DNA from: Acidimicrobiia bacterium
GTDB taxonomy: Bacteria > Actinomycetota > Acidimicrobiia > Spongiisociales > ZC4RG35
Direction: 5' to 3'
DNA: 64,000 nucleotides
NCBI GenBank assembly: GCA_050741915.1
Contig: JBOGEX010000110.1
Coordinates: 20,311 to 84,310, forward strand
The notes beneath the pieces were generated by a model. It saw only the letters and a list, made by a program, of their open reading frames with translations, did not search any database and was not told where the DNA came from. Below are positions 35,720-43,750 of the stretch, piece by piece. Positions within the stretch are counted from its first letter, which is position 1. Each line of letters starts with the position of its first letter. A program made the position numbers and the translations under genes.

Positions 35720-36190
35720 TCACTCGACCTCGAGTGGGGCGGCGTCACAAATCTTCGTCAACTCGTCGTAGGTGGTACGGAAGATCGCATCGGGATGACC
35801 GGCCGCTGCCCAAATGGTCTCATGCCGTTTCAGCCAAGGATCGATGTACGTCGGGATCGGCCGCGGATGACCGACCGGAGCGACTCCCCCGATCGCCTGA
35901 CCGGTATGTGCTCGGACGAACTCCGGTGATGCCCGGCCCAAACTCAGGACCGATAAGAGGGCTGCGACCTTGTCCGTGTCGACCCGATGGGCGCCCGACG
36001 TCAGGATTAGCACCGGTGCATCATCGGCGTCGAAGATCAAACTGTTGACGATGGCGCCGATCTCACAGCCGACGGCCGCCGCCGCAGCCGCGGCTGTGCG
36101 TACCGGTTCTGCGAACACCCGGATCTCGCCCACAGCACCCCGGCTCTCCAGCTGGCGACGAACGTGAGCGATCGACGGATGCTCGGCCAT
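35720..36190 (-). CDS. YbaK/aminoacyl-tRNA deacylase (trans-editing) domain protein
   Basis: AAAAVGCEIGAIVNSLIF...LILTSGAHRVDTDKVA...AHTGQAIGGVAPVGH matches the YbaK/EbsC family pattern. Confidence 0.8.
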   Translation of the reverse strand: MAEHPSIAHVRRQLESRGAVGEIRVFAEPVRTAAAAAAAVGCEIGAIVNSLIFDADDAPVLILTSGAHRVDTDKVAALLSVLSLGRASPEFVRAHTGQAIGGVAPVGHPRPIPTYIDPWLKRHETIWAAAGHPDAIFRTTYDELTKICDAAPLEVE

Positions 36191-36214
36191 ATGACGAATG
36201 TACCGACCCCGCGA

Positions 36215-37708
36215 CTATCCGAGTGAGACCCAGACATGGGAGGCCATGAATTGGGCGACTTCAATCGAGCCGCAGGTAACCGCGGTCCAGTCGGAGGTGC
36301 GGTCCGAGTCGTCGACCAGCGCCAAGTTGGCGGCGGGGTTGATCCCGACCGCCATCTCGGTGCCATCCCAGGACCGGACCAGTCGCACCATCCCGGCAAC
36401 CGAAGGAGACTCCGATCCATGAGCTGAATCGAGGCGGCAAGAGTGTCCGTCGATCGACTCGAGCTCGTAGGCGTGGCGCTCACCCGAGCCGCCGGGAGCC
36501 AAACCCGCCGTCCAACCTGGGGGGATGTCGAAGAGCATGGTTTGGAGCGGGATCACGTCCTCGGTCAAGATGCCTCCGCCGAGCACCAAAGGGACTGGTC
36601 GGCGCAGCACGAAGTTGCCGACCTGGTACAGCCAGCCGTCGGCTATCACCATCGACCCGTAGGGATATCGGTAGTCCCACACCATCACCGGACCGGGCGC
36701 GGTCACCCAGGTTTCGCCGTCTAGCACGGCCATGGCCGATCCCATGCGGACGGCAGTGAGACCGGAGGAGGTAAGAGTCTGGGGGAAGGTCTCCCGGAAG
36801 CGCATCGGCATCGACTCGATCCGGGCCCATTCCTCGGTGGCATGGTCGAAGAGCGCGGCTTCCATCAGGTAGTTGACTGCCAGCAGGTGTTGACCCGTCC
36901 ACGCCGACGCTTGGGCGATGACCCCGATCGGAGGCGACGGCAGCCGGTCCCAAATGTCGGTGGTGGGCTGGTAACGATGAAGCTGGGCGGCTCCCATGAC
37001 GAGTAGTTCGTCGCCGGTCCAGTCGGCGTGGAGCCGAGAGGACCCGCATTCGTTGATCTCCAACGGCTCGATCTGGCGAACCGAGGCCGTGGATGGGTCG
37101 AGAGCCAAGCCTCGACGCCAGGCGAGGACCTCTTGTCCTGTCCAGACTGCTGATGTTCCGGCCTCGATGAAGGCCGGGGCACCTATCTCGCGCCAGTTGT
37201 CGGTGGCCGGGTCGTAGGCGGCGATCCCACCACTTCCGCAACCAGGATCGGCATAGGTTCGGAACCAAACCACCAGCTCGACCCCGGTCCACGCGGCACC
37301 TTTGGTTCCTCGACAATCGGCAAACGGCGCCGGTGGGAGGGGCCGGGATCTGAGAGATTCGTGATCCCAGGCCACACCACTAAGTAAATATGGCCCATCA
37401 CCGTTGCTGGAGGGTTCGCGCCCACCCCAGACGATCAACTCCTGCCCGCTTCCGAATGCAAGACCACCGACCCGATCTCCTTCCCCGACGTATTCCCAAC
37501 CGGGAGCGAGAAGTCTGCGTCCGGGAGCCACCGAGGTCGTGGACGGTGATGACCGCATTGTCGTGGTGGCGGTGGCGGTCGTCGTCAAAGAGAGCGGAGG
37601 ATCTAGAAGCACGTCGGTGGTGGTCGAAGCAACTTCCGAAGAAGGTTGAAAGGCAACGGCGACGACGACGGCAAGGGCCAACAGAACGGCCGCAAACCTC
37701 AGCACCAA
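36215..37708 (-). CDS. Secreted Kelch-like beta-propeller repeat protein
   Basis: The N-terminus is signal/TM-like (VLRFAAVLLALAVVVAVAF). The repeated WTGxE(L/V)(L/V)VW motif occurs at least 4 times, interleaved with YDPxTDxW-type strands. Confidence 0.7.
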   Translation of the reverse strand: MVLRFAAVLLALAVVVAVAFQPSSEVASTTTDVLLDPPLSLTTTATATTTMRSSPSTTSVAPGRRLLAPGWEYVGEGDRVGGLAFGSGQELIVWGGREPSSNGDGPYLLSGVAWDHESLRSRPLPPAPFADCRGTKGAAWTGVELVVWFRTYADPGCGSGGIAAYDPATDNWREIGAPAFIEAGTSAVWTGQEVLAWRRGLALDPSTASVRQIEPLEINECGSSRLHADWTGDELLVMGAAQLHRYQPTTDIWDRLPSPPIGVIAQASAWTGQHLLAVNYLMEAALFDHATEEWARIESMPMRFRETFPQTLTSSGLTAVRMGSAMAVLDGETWVTAPGPVMVWDYRYPYGSMVIADGWLYQVGNFVLRRPVPLVLGGGILTEDVIPLQTMLFDIPPGWTAGLAPGGSGERHAYELESIDGHSCRLDSAHGSESPSVAGMVRLVRSWDGTEMAVGINPAANLALVDDSDRTSDWTAVTCGSIEVAQFMASHVWVSLG

Positions 37709-37932
37709 CGCTCATTTCCTTGCAACGCTTTCGACAATTGACGTATCGCGAACGGGCATCGTTCACCAGAGTTTCGCGGTCCTAAACGCCGCGCCTCATG
37801 CGGTCACGCACCTTCTTTGGCATCGCCTCGATGTTCGACGCGGCCGGATTCCGCCGGGTCCCCGTCACGAAGGCCCAGAGCGGCCATCTGCCGCGACACC
37901 TGGTCCAACTGACCCTTGGAAACTTGGCCTGA

Positions 37933-39144
37933 CTACCGGACCGGGTCGATGCGGAGGATTGCTTCCGTCGTCAGGACATAGACCTCGCCGGCGGCATCGC
38001 GGCCGAACGAGACCACCTGTCCGGGAACGCCCACCTGCTCGGTCCAATCCTGTTGCTCGCTGGCGCCGCTGCCGTCGAAGTGGAAGCTCCGGAGCCACCC
38101 ACCGCAGTAGTCGGAATAGAAGTAGTGACCGGTCAGCTCGGGTATCGCCGACCCGCGGTATACCACTCCCCCGGTGATCGAACAGGTGCCTGAGTCCGAA
38201 TGGGCGACCTCGACTATGGGCAGGGTCTGACCATCGAAGTCGCACGCCTGCGGTGGCTCGAAGCAGTGCAGACCCTCGGTCACCGGCCAGCCGTAATTGA
38301 GGGCGGGGGCATCCACCCGAGCCACGTTGATTTCCTCGTAGGCGTTTTGGCCGACATCGGCGATGTAGATCAAGTCGCCGTCGAACGCGGCGCGCCAGGG
38401 ATTGCGCAAGCCAATCGCCCAGACCTCCGGCGCCCCGCCGCCGTCGATGAAGGGATTGTCGGGAGGAATCTCGTAAGGCTCGGTACCGTCGACATCAAGA
38501 CGGAGCAGGCCGCCGAGGAGATCGTCTGTGGTCTGACCCGTCCCGAAAGTGTCGCCACCGCCACCGCCGTCCCCGAGGGCGATCCAGAGGTGACCATCGG
38601 GGCCAAACGCAATCGTCCCCCCGTTGTGGTTGGCCGCTGGTTGGGCGACCTGGAGGAAGATGCGCTCCTGCGAAGGGTCGAAGCCGCCGTCATCGACGAA
38701 CTCGGAGACGGTGGTATTTCCCCCGTTCCGATCGGAGTAGTGGAGGAATAGCCGGCTCGGGTCGTCGGGATGAAAGGTCATGCCGAGCAAGCCGCGTTCG
38801 CCCGCGTCGGTGACACGATCGCTGATGTCGAGGATCACTCCCTCCCCCAGCCGCCAAACCTGGCCGTTCTTCGTGGCGAAGTAGGTCGCCTCTTCGCTTG
38901 GTCGCGTCGTGAGCATGATCGGAAAGGGGAGATCGCTCGCCACCTCGGTGTAGGTGATGCCCTGAAGTGCGGCGATCGTTGTGGTTGAAGTAGCAGCCGT
39001 GGAGGAAGGGACAGAAGTCCTCACCGGAGCGGTCGTCATCGAAGTCGATATCGGACCGTCGGAGCTTGTTGTCGAAATCTGATCTTGCGAAGGGCCACAT
39101 GCCAAGACCAAGAGCAAGGCGCCGAAGGAGAGCCGTCTTGACAT
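37933..39144 (-). CDS. PQQ-dependent sugar (glucose/sorbosone) dehydrogenase-like lipoprotein
   Basis: Lipobox LLLVLACG. NHNGGTIAFGPDGHLWIALGDGGGGGD and GLRNPWR are motifs of the soluble aldose dehydrogenase six-bladed propeller family. Confidence 0.8.
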   Translation of the reverse strand: MSRRLSFGALLLVLACGPSQDQISTTSSDGPISTSMTTAPVRTSVPSSTAATSTTTIAALQGITYTEVASDLPFPIMLTTRPSEEATYFATKNGQVWRLGEGVILDISDRVTDAGERGLLGMTFHPDDPSRLFLHYSDRNGGNTTVSEFVDDGGFDPSQERIFLQVAQPAANHNGGTIAFGPDGHLWIALGDGGGGGDTFGTGQTTDDLLGGLLRLDVDGTEPYEIPPDNPFIDGGGAPEVWAIGLRNPWRAAFDGDLIYIADVGQNAYEEINVARVDAPALNYGWPVTEGLHCFEPPQACDFDGQTLPIVEVAHSDSGTCSITGGVVYRGSAIPELTGHYFYSDYCGGWLRSFHFDGSGASEQQDWTEQVGVPGQVVSFGRDAAGEVYVLTTEAILRIDPVR

Positions 39145-39190
39145 CGCTTGGGCAAGCTAGCCCGGACCGAATCTATAGAGTCGCCGCCGA

Positions 39191-40525
39191 ATGCGAAACG
39201 ACCGGCGACAGATATTCGGTTGGGCGATGTACGACTGGGCCAACTCGGCCTACACCACCACCACCCTGGCGGTCCTGCTGCCCGCCATCTTCACGGGTGA
39301 GATAATGCCGGAGGGAGGCGTCACCGTCTGGGGGCAAACTGTCGATGGTGAGTCGCTCTTCAGCTATATGGTCAGTGCCGCCGCCCTGATCGCTTTCGTC
39401 CTCTCCCCGGTGATGGGGGCGGTTGGCGACTTCGCCGCCCGCAAGCTCCGCTTCCTGCGGACATTTGCCTACACGGGAGCGGGGCTGTCGCTCCTCTTCG
39501 CGTTGATGGGGCCGGGCGACGTCTGGTTGACCGTGGGCCTGTTCATGGTCGTCGAGACCTGTTGGGCCATCGCCGCAGTCTTTTATGACAGCTTCCTTCC
39601 CCACCTCAGCACCAACGAGACCATCGACAAAGTGTCCTCGCGGGGATATGCCTTCGGCTACCTCGGTGGGGGCATCCAGTTTCTGATCTCGCTGCTGCTG
39701 ATCCAGTTCAGCCCCGACAGCTTCGCCGCCACCGCCGCCCGCCTCGCCATCGTGATGGCCGGGTTGTGGTGGCTCGGGTTCGCCATCTTTGCTTTTCGCC
39801 GCCTGCGCGAGCCGGGAGTGGCCGAGCCGCTGCCGGCTGGTGTAAGTCCGGGATTCTTCACCTATGCCCGGATCGGCTTCGCCCGCACGGCCAGCACCAT
39901 CGCCCGCCTGCGAAAGTTCCCCCAACTTCTGCTGTTCCTCGTCGCGTTCCTGCTCTACAACGACGGGGTCCAAACGGTGATATCGATTTCAGCGGCGTTT
40001 GCCACCGAGACGCTGCGACTGGATACCGCCGACGTGGCCCTGGCGTTTCTGGTCGTACAAATTGTTGCGTTCGGCGGAGCACTTCTCTTCGGCTGGATAG
40101 CGGGAAAGGTCGGACCCAAACGGGCCATCATGGTTTCCCTCATTCTGTGGACCGGTGTCTCCATACTCGGTTACAGCCTTCCGGAGGAAAGCTTCATGCC
40201 CTTCCTCGGACTTGCCGCCTCGGTGGGTCTGGTCCTCGGTGGAACCCAAGCACTTTCTCGCAGCCTTTACGGATCGATGATCCCCGAGCAGGCCTCGGCC
40301 GAGTTCTACGGCTTCTACTCGGTTTTCTCCAAGTTCGCCGCCATCTGGGGACCGCTGCTTTTTGGCATTGTCAATCAGGTCACTGGATCGAGCCGGCAGG
40401 CGATCCTGTCGTTGATCGCCTTCTTCGCCTTGGGCTTCATCCTGCTCGCTTTTGTCAACATCGATCGAGCCCGGGAAGCCAAAGAGCTCTGGCACTTCGC
40501 AGGCGCCGCCGCCAGCGTCGAGTAG
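39191..40525 (+). CDS. MFS transporter, UMF1/Atg22-like
   Basis: FGWAMYDWANSAYTTT is the N-terminal signature. The protein has ~12 hydrophobic segments. Confidence 0.8.
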   Translation: MRNDRRQIFGWAMYDWANSAYTTTTLAVLLPAIFTGEIMPEGGVTVWGQTVDGESLFSYMVSAAALIAFVLSPVMGAVGDFAARKLRFLRTFAYTGAGLSLLFALMGPGDVWLTVGLFMVVETCWAIAAVFYDSFLPHLSTNETIDKVSSRGYAFGYLGGGIQFLISLLLIQFSPDSFAATAARLAIVMAGLWWLGFAIFAFRRLREPGVAEPLPAGVSPGFFTYARIGFARTASTIARLRKFPQLLLFLVAFLLYNDGVQTVISISAAFATETLRLDTADVALAFLVVQIVAFGGALLFGWIAGKVGPKRAIMVSLILWTGVSILGYSLPEESFMPFLGLAASVGLVLGGTQALSRSLYGSMIPEQASAEFYGFYSVFSKFAAIWGPLLFGIVNQVTGSSRQAILSLIAFFALGFILLAFVNIDRAREAKELWHFAGAAASVE

Positions 40526-40534
40526 AAACCACTT

Positions 40535-41872
40535 GTGACTGAGCGGCTGGTGGTGGTTGGTGGCGACGCAGCGGGGATGTCGGCCGCCTCGCAAGCCAAA
40601 CGATTGGCGCCCGACCTCGAGATCATCGCCTTCGAGCGAGGCGACTACGTCAGCTACTCAGCTTGCGGTGAACCGTACGTGGTGGGTGGCGAGGTTTCCG
40701 AGATTGACAACCTGGTGGCTCGGACTCCGGCCGAGTTTGCCGAGCGCGGGATCGTCGTTCACCTGCGGAGTGAAGTGCTCGAGATCGACCTCGATCGGCG
40801 CACGATCCTGGTCGATTCAGGCGAGCACAGATCCCGGATCGGCTTCGACCATTTGATGTACTCGACTGGAGCTCACCCGTTGCGTCCGCCGAGCGTCTCG
40901 GGAGCGCACAAAGCTTGGGGACTGAGAACCCTCAATGACGCCGCGGGTCTTCGCCAGCTAGTAGACGGCGGGGTCAAGAAAGCAGTCGTGGTCGGTGGTG
41001 GCTACATCGGGCTGGAGGCCGCCGAAGCCTTCGCCCACCGCGGTCGCAATGTCACTCTTGTCACTTCCGGCGATCACGTCCTCACCCGCACTCTCGACGA
41101 CGACATGGGTGCTCTGGCCGACGACGCCCTTCGCCGTCTCGGGATCGAGCTCGTAACTGGCGTATATATCGACGCGGTCGAGGAGCGGGCGGCGTCTGGT
41201 GGAGGTTACGTTTTTCCCGCCGATGTGATCGTCATCGGACTGGGCACTTCGCCCGAATCAGAGCTAGCCAGGGAGGCTGGTATCCGGATCGGAGTCACTG
41301 GTGCGATAGCAGTCAACTCTCGCCAGGAGACGGATCAGCCCGGCGTCTGGTCGGGAGGGGACTGCGCGGAGGCAACCCACCGGGTGTCGGGGCGTCAAGT
41401 CAATATCGCCCTGGGGACAGTTGCCAACAAGGCGGGACGTATAGCGGGCACCAATATCGGTCACGCCGTTCGCGGGGCTGGCGAGCGAGCGACTTTCCCC
41501 GGAGTCCTGGGGACCGCCATCACCAAGGTGGGGGAGATCGAAATCGCTCGCACCGGGCTGCTGACCTCCGAGTGCGTGATGTATGGGTTCGAGCCAGCTG
41601 TCGGTTCGGTAACCGGCACCAACACCGCCGGGTACTGGCCGACGGCAACGCGGGTCGACGTGAAGGTGATCGCCGACCACGTCACCCGACGGGTGCTCGG
41701 CGGTCAGATCGTGGGCGGTCCGGGCTCGGGGAAGAAGATCGATGTGATCGCCACCGCTATCTGGGCGGGGATGCCGATCGACGAATTGGCCTGGGTCGAC
41801 CTGGCCTATGCCCCGCCGTTCTCGGCGGTCTGGGACCTAATCCACATCGCCGCCCGCCGGGCTGCCGGCTAA
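40535..41872 (+). CDS. FAD-dependent pyridine nucleotide-disulfide oxidoreductase (CoA-disulfide reductase/NADH oxidase family)
   Basis: VVVGGDAAGMSAA gives the FAD fold. The single redox Cys lies in SYSACGEPY, and VVVGGGYIGLE is a second dinucleotide fold. Confidence 0.8.
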   Translation: MTERLVVVGGDAAGMSAASQAKRLAPDLEIIAFERGDYVSYSACGEPYVVGGEVSEIDNLVARTPAEFAERGIVVHLRSEVLEIDLDRRTILVDSGEHRSRIGFDHLMYSTGAHPLRPPSVSGAHKAWGLRTLNDAAGLRQLVDGGVKKAVVVGGGYIGLEAAEAFAHRGRNVTLVTSGDHVLTRTLDDDMGALADDALRRLGIELVTGVYIDAVEERAASGGGYVFPADVIVIGLGTSPESELAREAGIRIGVTGAIAVNSRQETDQPGVWSGGDCAEATHRVSGRQVNIALGTVANKAGRIAGTNIGHAVRGAGERATFPGVLGTAITKVGEIEIARTGLLTSECVMYGFEPAVGSVTGTNTAGYWPTATRVDVKVIADHVTRRVLGGQIVGGPGSGKKIDVIATAIWAGMPIDELAWVDLAYAPPFSAVWDLIHIAARRAAG

Positions 41873-42008
41873 CCCCCCGTTTCTCCCCCCGCAACCCCCC
41901 TCGGCCCTTCGGGCCACTCCCCCAACGCTCGCTCCGCTCCCTGAGGAGAGAAACGGGGAGTACCGGCGAAGCCGGGGAGGGGGAAGGCTCGCTGGGGAGG
42001 AAACACTT
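41873..42008. repeat. C-tract/G-tract repeat locus E1 (composite)
   Basis: Contains GTTTCTCCCCCC, a 14-bp stem (CCCCGTTTCTCCCC at 41875-41888, pairing with GGAGAGAAACGGGG at 41945-41958, 13/14), the hairpin GGCCC-ttc-GGGCC, and the module GGGGAG-TA-CCGGC-GAA-GCCGG-GGAGGGGG. It lies between convergent genes. Confidence 0.8.
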
Positions 42009-43697
42009 TCAGGGAGCAACGCTCCAGTCGAAGTCCTCTTCCCAGAACTCGCGCTCGCCTCGTGTGCGCTCGGCGTCGTGCTCGGCCGATCGCAGCTCGA
42101 CCCGCCTGATCTTTCCGGAGATAGTCTTCGGCAGGTCGACGAATTCGATGCGCCTCACTCTTTTGAACGGTGCCAGATGAGCGCGACCATACGCCAGGAT
42201 CGAATAGGCGGTGTCGTGATTCGGCTCGTGACCGGCTGCAAGGGCAACATATGCCTTGGGAACAGCGAGGCGAATCGGATCGAGGGCTGGTACCACTGCT
42301 GCCTCGGCCACCGCCGGATGTTCCAAGAGCACACTTTCCAACTCGAACGGTGAAATCCGATAGTCCGATGCCTTGAAGACATCGTCGGTCCTTCCGACGT
42401 AGGTGATGTAGCCGTCGGCGTCGCGGGAGGCAACGTCACCGGTGTGATAAAAGCCGTCGCGCATGACCTCGTCGGTCCGGGCCTGGTCGTCGCGATATCC
42501 CACCATCAAGCCCAGCGGGCGTTCGCCAAGAGCGAGACAGATCTCGCCCTCCTCCCCCGGCTCGCCGCTGACCGGGTCGATCAGTGCAACCTGGTACCCG
42601 GGCAACGGCCGACCCATCGAACCCGGCTTGAGGAGCTGACCGGGAGGGTTGCCGATCGAGGCTGTCGTTTCGGTTTGCCCGAATCCATCGCGAATGGTTA
42701 TTCCCCACGCATTCTCCACCTGCTCGATCACCTCGGGATTGAGCGGCTCTCCCGCTCCCACCAGCTCCCGTACCTTCACCGGCCAGCGACCGAGATCGCC
42801 CTGAATGAGCATCCTCCATACAGTCGGGGGGGCGCAGAAAGCGTCGACCCGACAACGCACCAGGCTCTCGAGGATGTTCTCCGGGGAAAAACGGCCCGAG
42901 TTGAAGACAAGGGCAGTGGCCTCGGCGATCCAGGGAGCGAAGACGTTGCTCCACGCATGCTTGGCCCACCCCGGCGACGAGATGTTGAGATGAATGTCAC
43001 CGGGCTGGAGGCCGATCCAGTACATCGTCGATAGGTGGCCGACGGGATACGACACATGGGTGTGCTCGACGAGCTTGGGCGACGCCGTCGTCCCCGACGT
43101 GAAATACAGCAGTAGCGGATCGCTGCCTTTCGTCGTTCCGGGTGGAGAAAAGTCAGTGGGTGCTTCCGTCGATTCGGCGAATGCCTTCCAATCCGAACGC
43201 GATTCTCCAACTCCAATTTTTCCTATCTCGATCCCGTCGAGCTTGTCCGCCAAAGCCGTGTCGGCGATCACCCACGAGGCGTTGCCGCGGTGGCACCGGT
43301 CGACAATGTCCGAACGAGGCAGCAGCGTCGTTGTCGGGATGAGAACGACACCCAACTTGATCGCCCCCAGGATCGTCTCCCAAAGTTCGACCTGGTTTCC
43401 GAGCATCAGGACCAGGCTGTCTCCTCTTTTCATGCCCAGCTCGGAAAACCAACCCGCCACCTGGTTCGAGCGCTCCGCCAACTCCCGATATGACCATTTC
43501 GCTTCGCGGCCGTCGTCTTCAACAATCCACAAAGCCCCCCGCTCGCTATCGATCTGGTCGAACCAGTCGAGAGCGAAGTTGAATTCCTCGAAAACGGGCC
43601 AGCGGAAGTCGCGATAGGCGGTGTCGTAGTCGAGCCGATGCTCGATCAGGAAGTCACGGGCCCGGCGGAAAACTTCTGTAGCCACCACTTTCCTCAT
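42009..43697 (-). CDS. Medium-chain acyl-CoA synthetase (AMP-binding)
   Basis: Contains LLYFTSGTTASPKLVEHTH and YHTGDVASRDADGYITYVGRTDD. The start is ambiguous (GTG 43709, ATG 43697 or GTG 43688). Confidence 0.85.
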   Translation of the reverse strand: MRKVVATEVFRRARDFLIEHRLDYDTAYRDFRWPVFEEFNFALDWFDQIDSERGALWIVEDDGREAKWSYRELAERSNQVAGWFSELGMKRGDSLVLMLGNQVELWETILGAIKLGVVLIPTTTLLPRSDIVDRCHRGNASWVIADTALADKLDGIEIGKIGVGESRSDWKAFAESTEAPTDFSPPGTTKGSDPLLLYFTSGTTASPKLVEHTHVSYPVGHLSTMYWIGLQPGDIHLNISSPGWAKHAWSNVFAPWIAEATALVFNSGRFSPENILESLVRCRVDAFCAPPTVWRMLIQGDLGRWPVKVRELVGAGEPLNPEVIEQVENAWGITIRDGFGQTETTASIGNPPGQLLKPGSMGRPLPGYQVALIDPVSGEPGEEGEICLALGERPLGLMVGYRDDQARTDEVMRDGFYHTGDVASRDADGYITYVGRTDDVFKASDYRISPFELESVLLEHPAVAEAAVVPALDPIRLAVPKAYVALAAGHEPNHDTAYSILAYGRAHLAPFKRVRRIEFVDLPKTISGKIRRVELRSAEHDAERTRGEREFWEEDFDWSVAP

Positions 43698-43750
43698 TCT
43701 TGCCAGCACACAGCACGGTGGGCCCGCTGCTCTAGCAAGAATGGACGATT

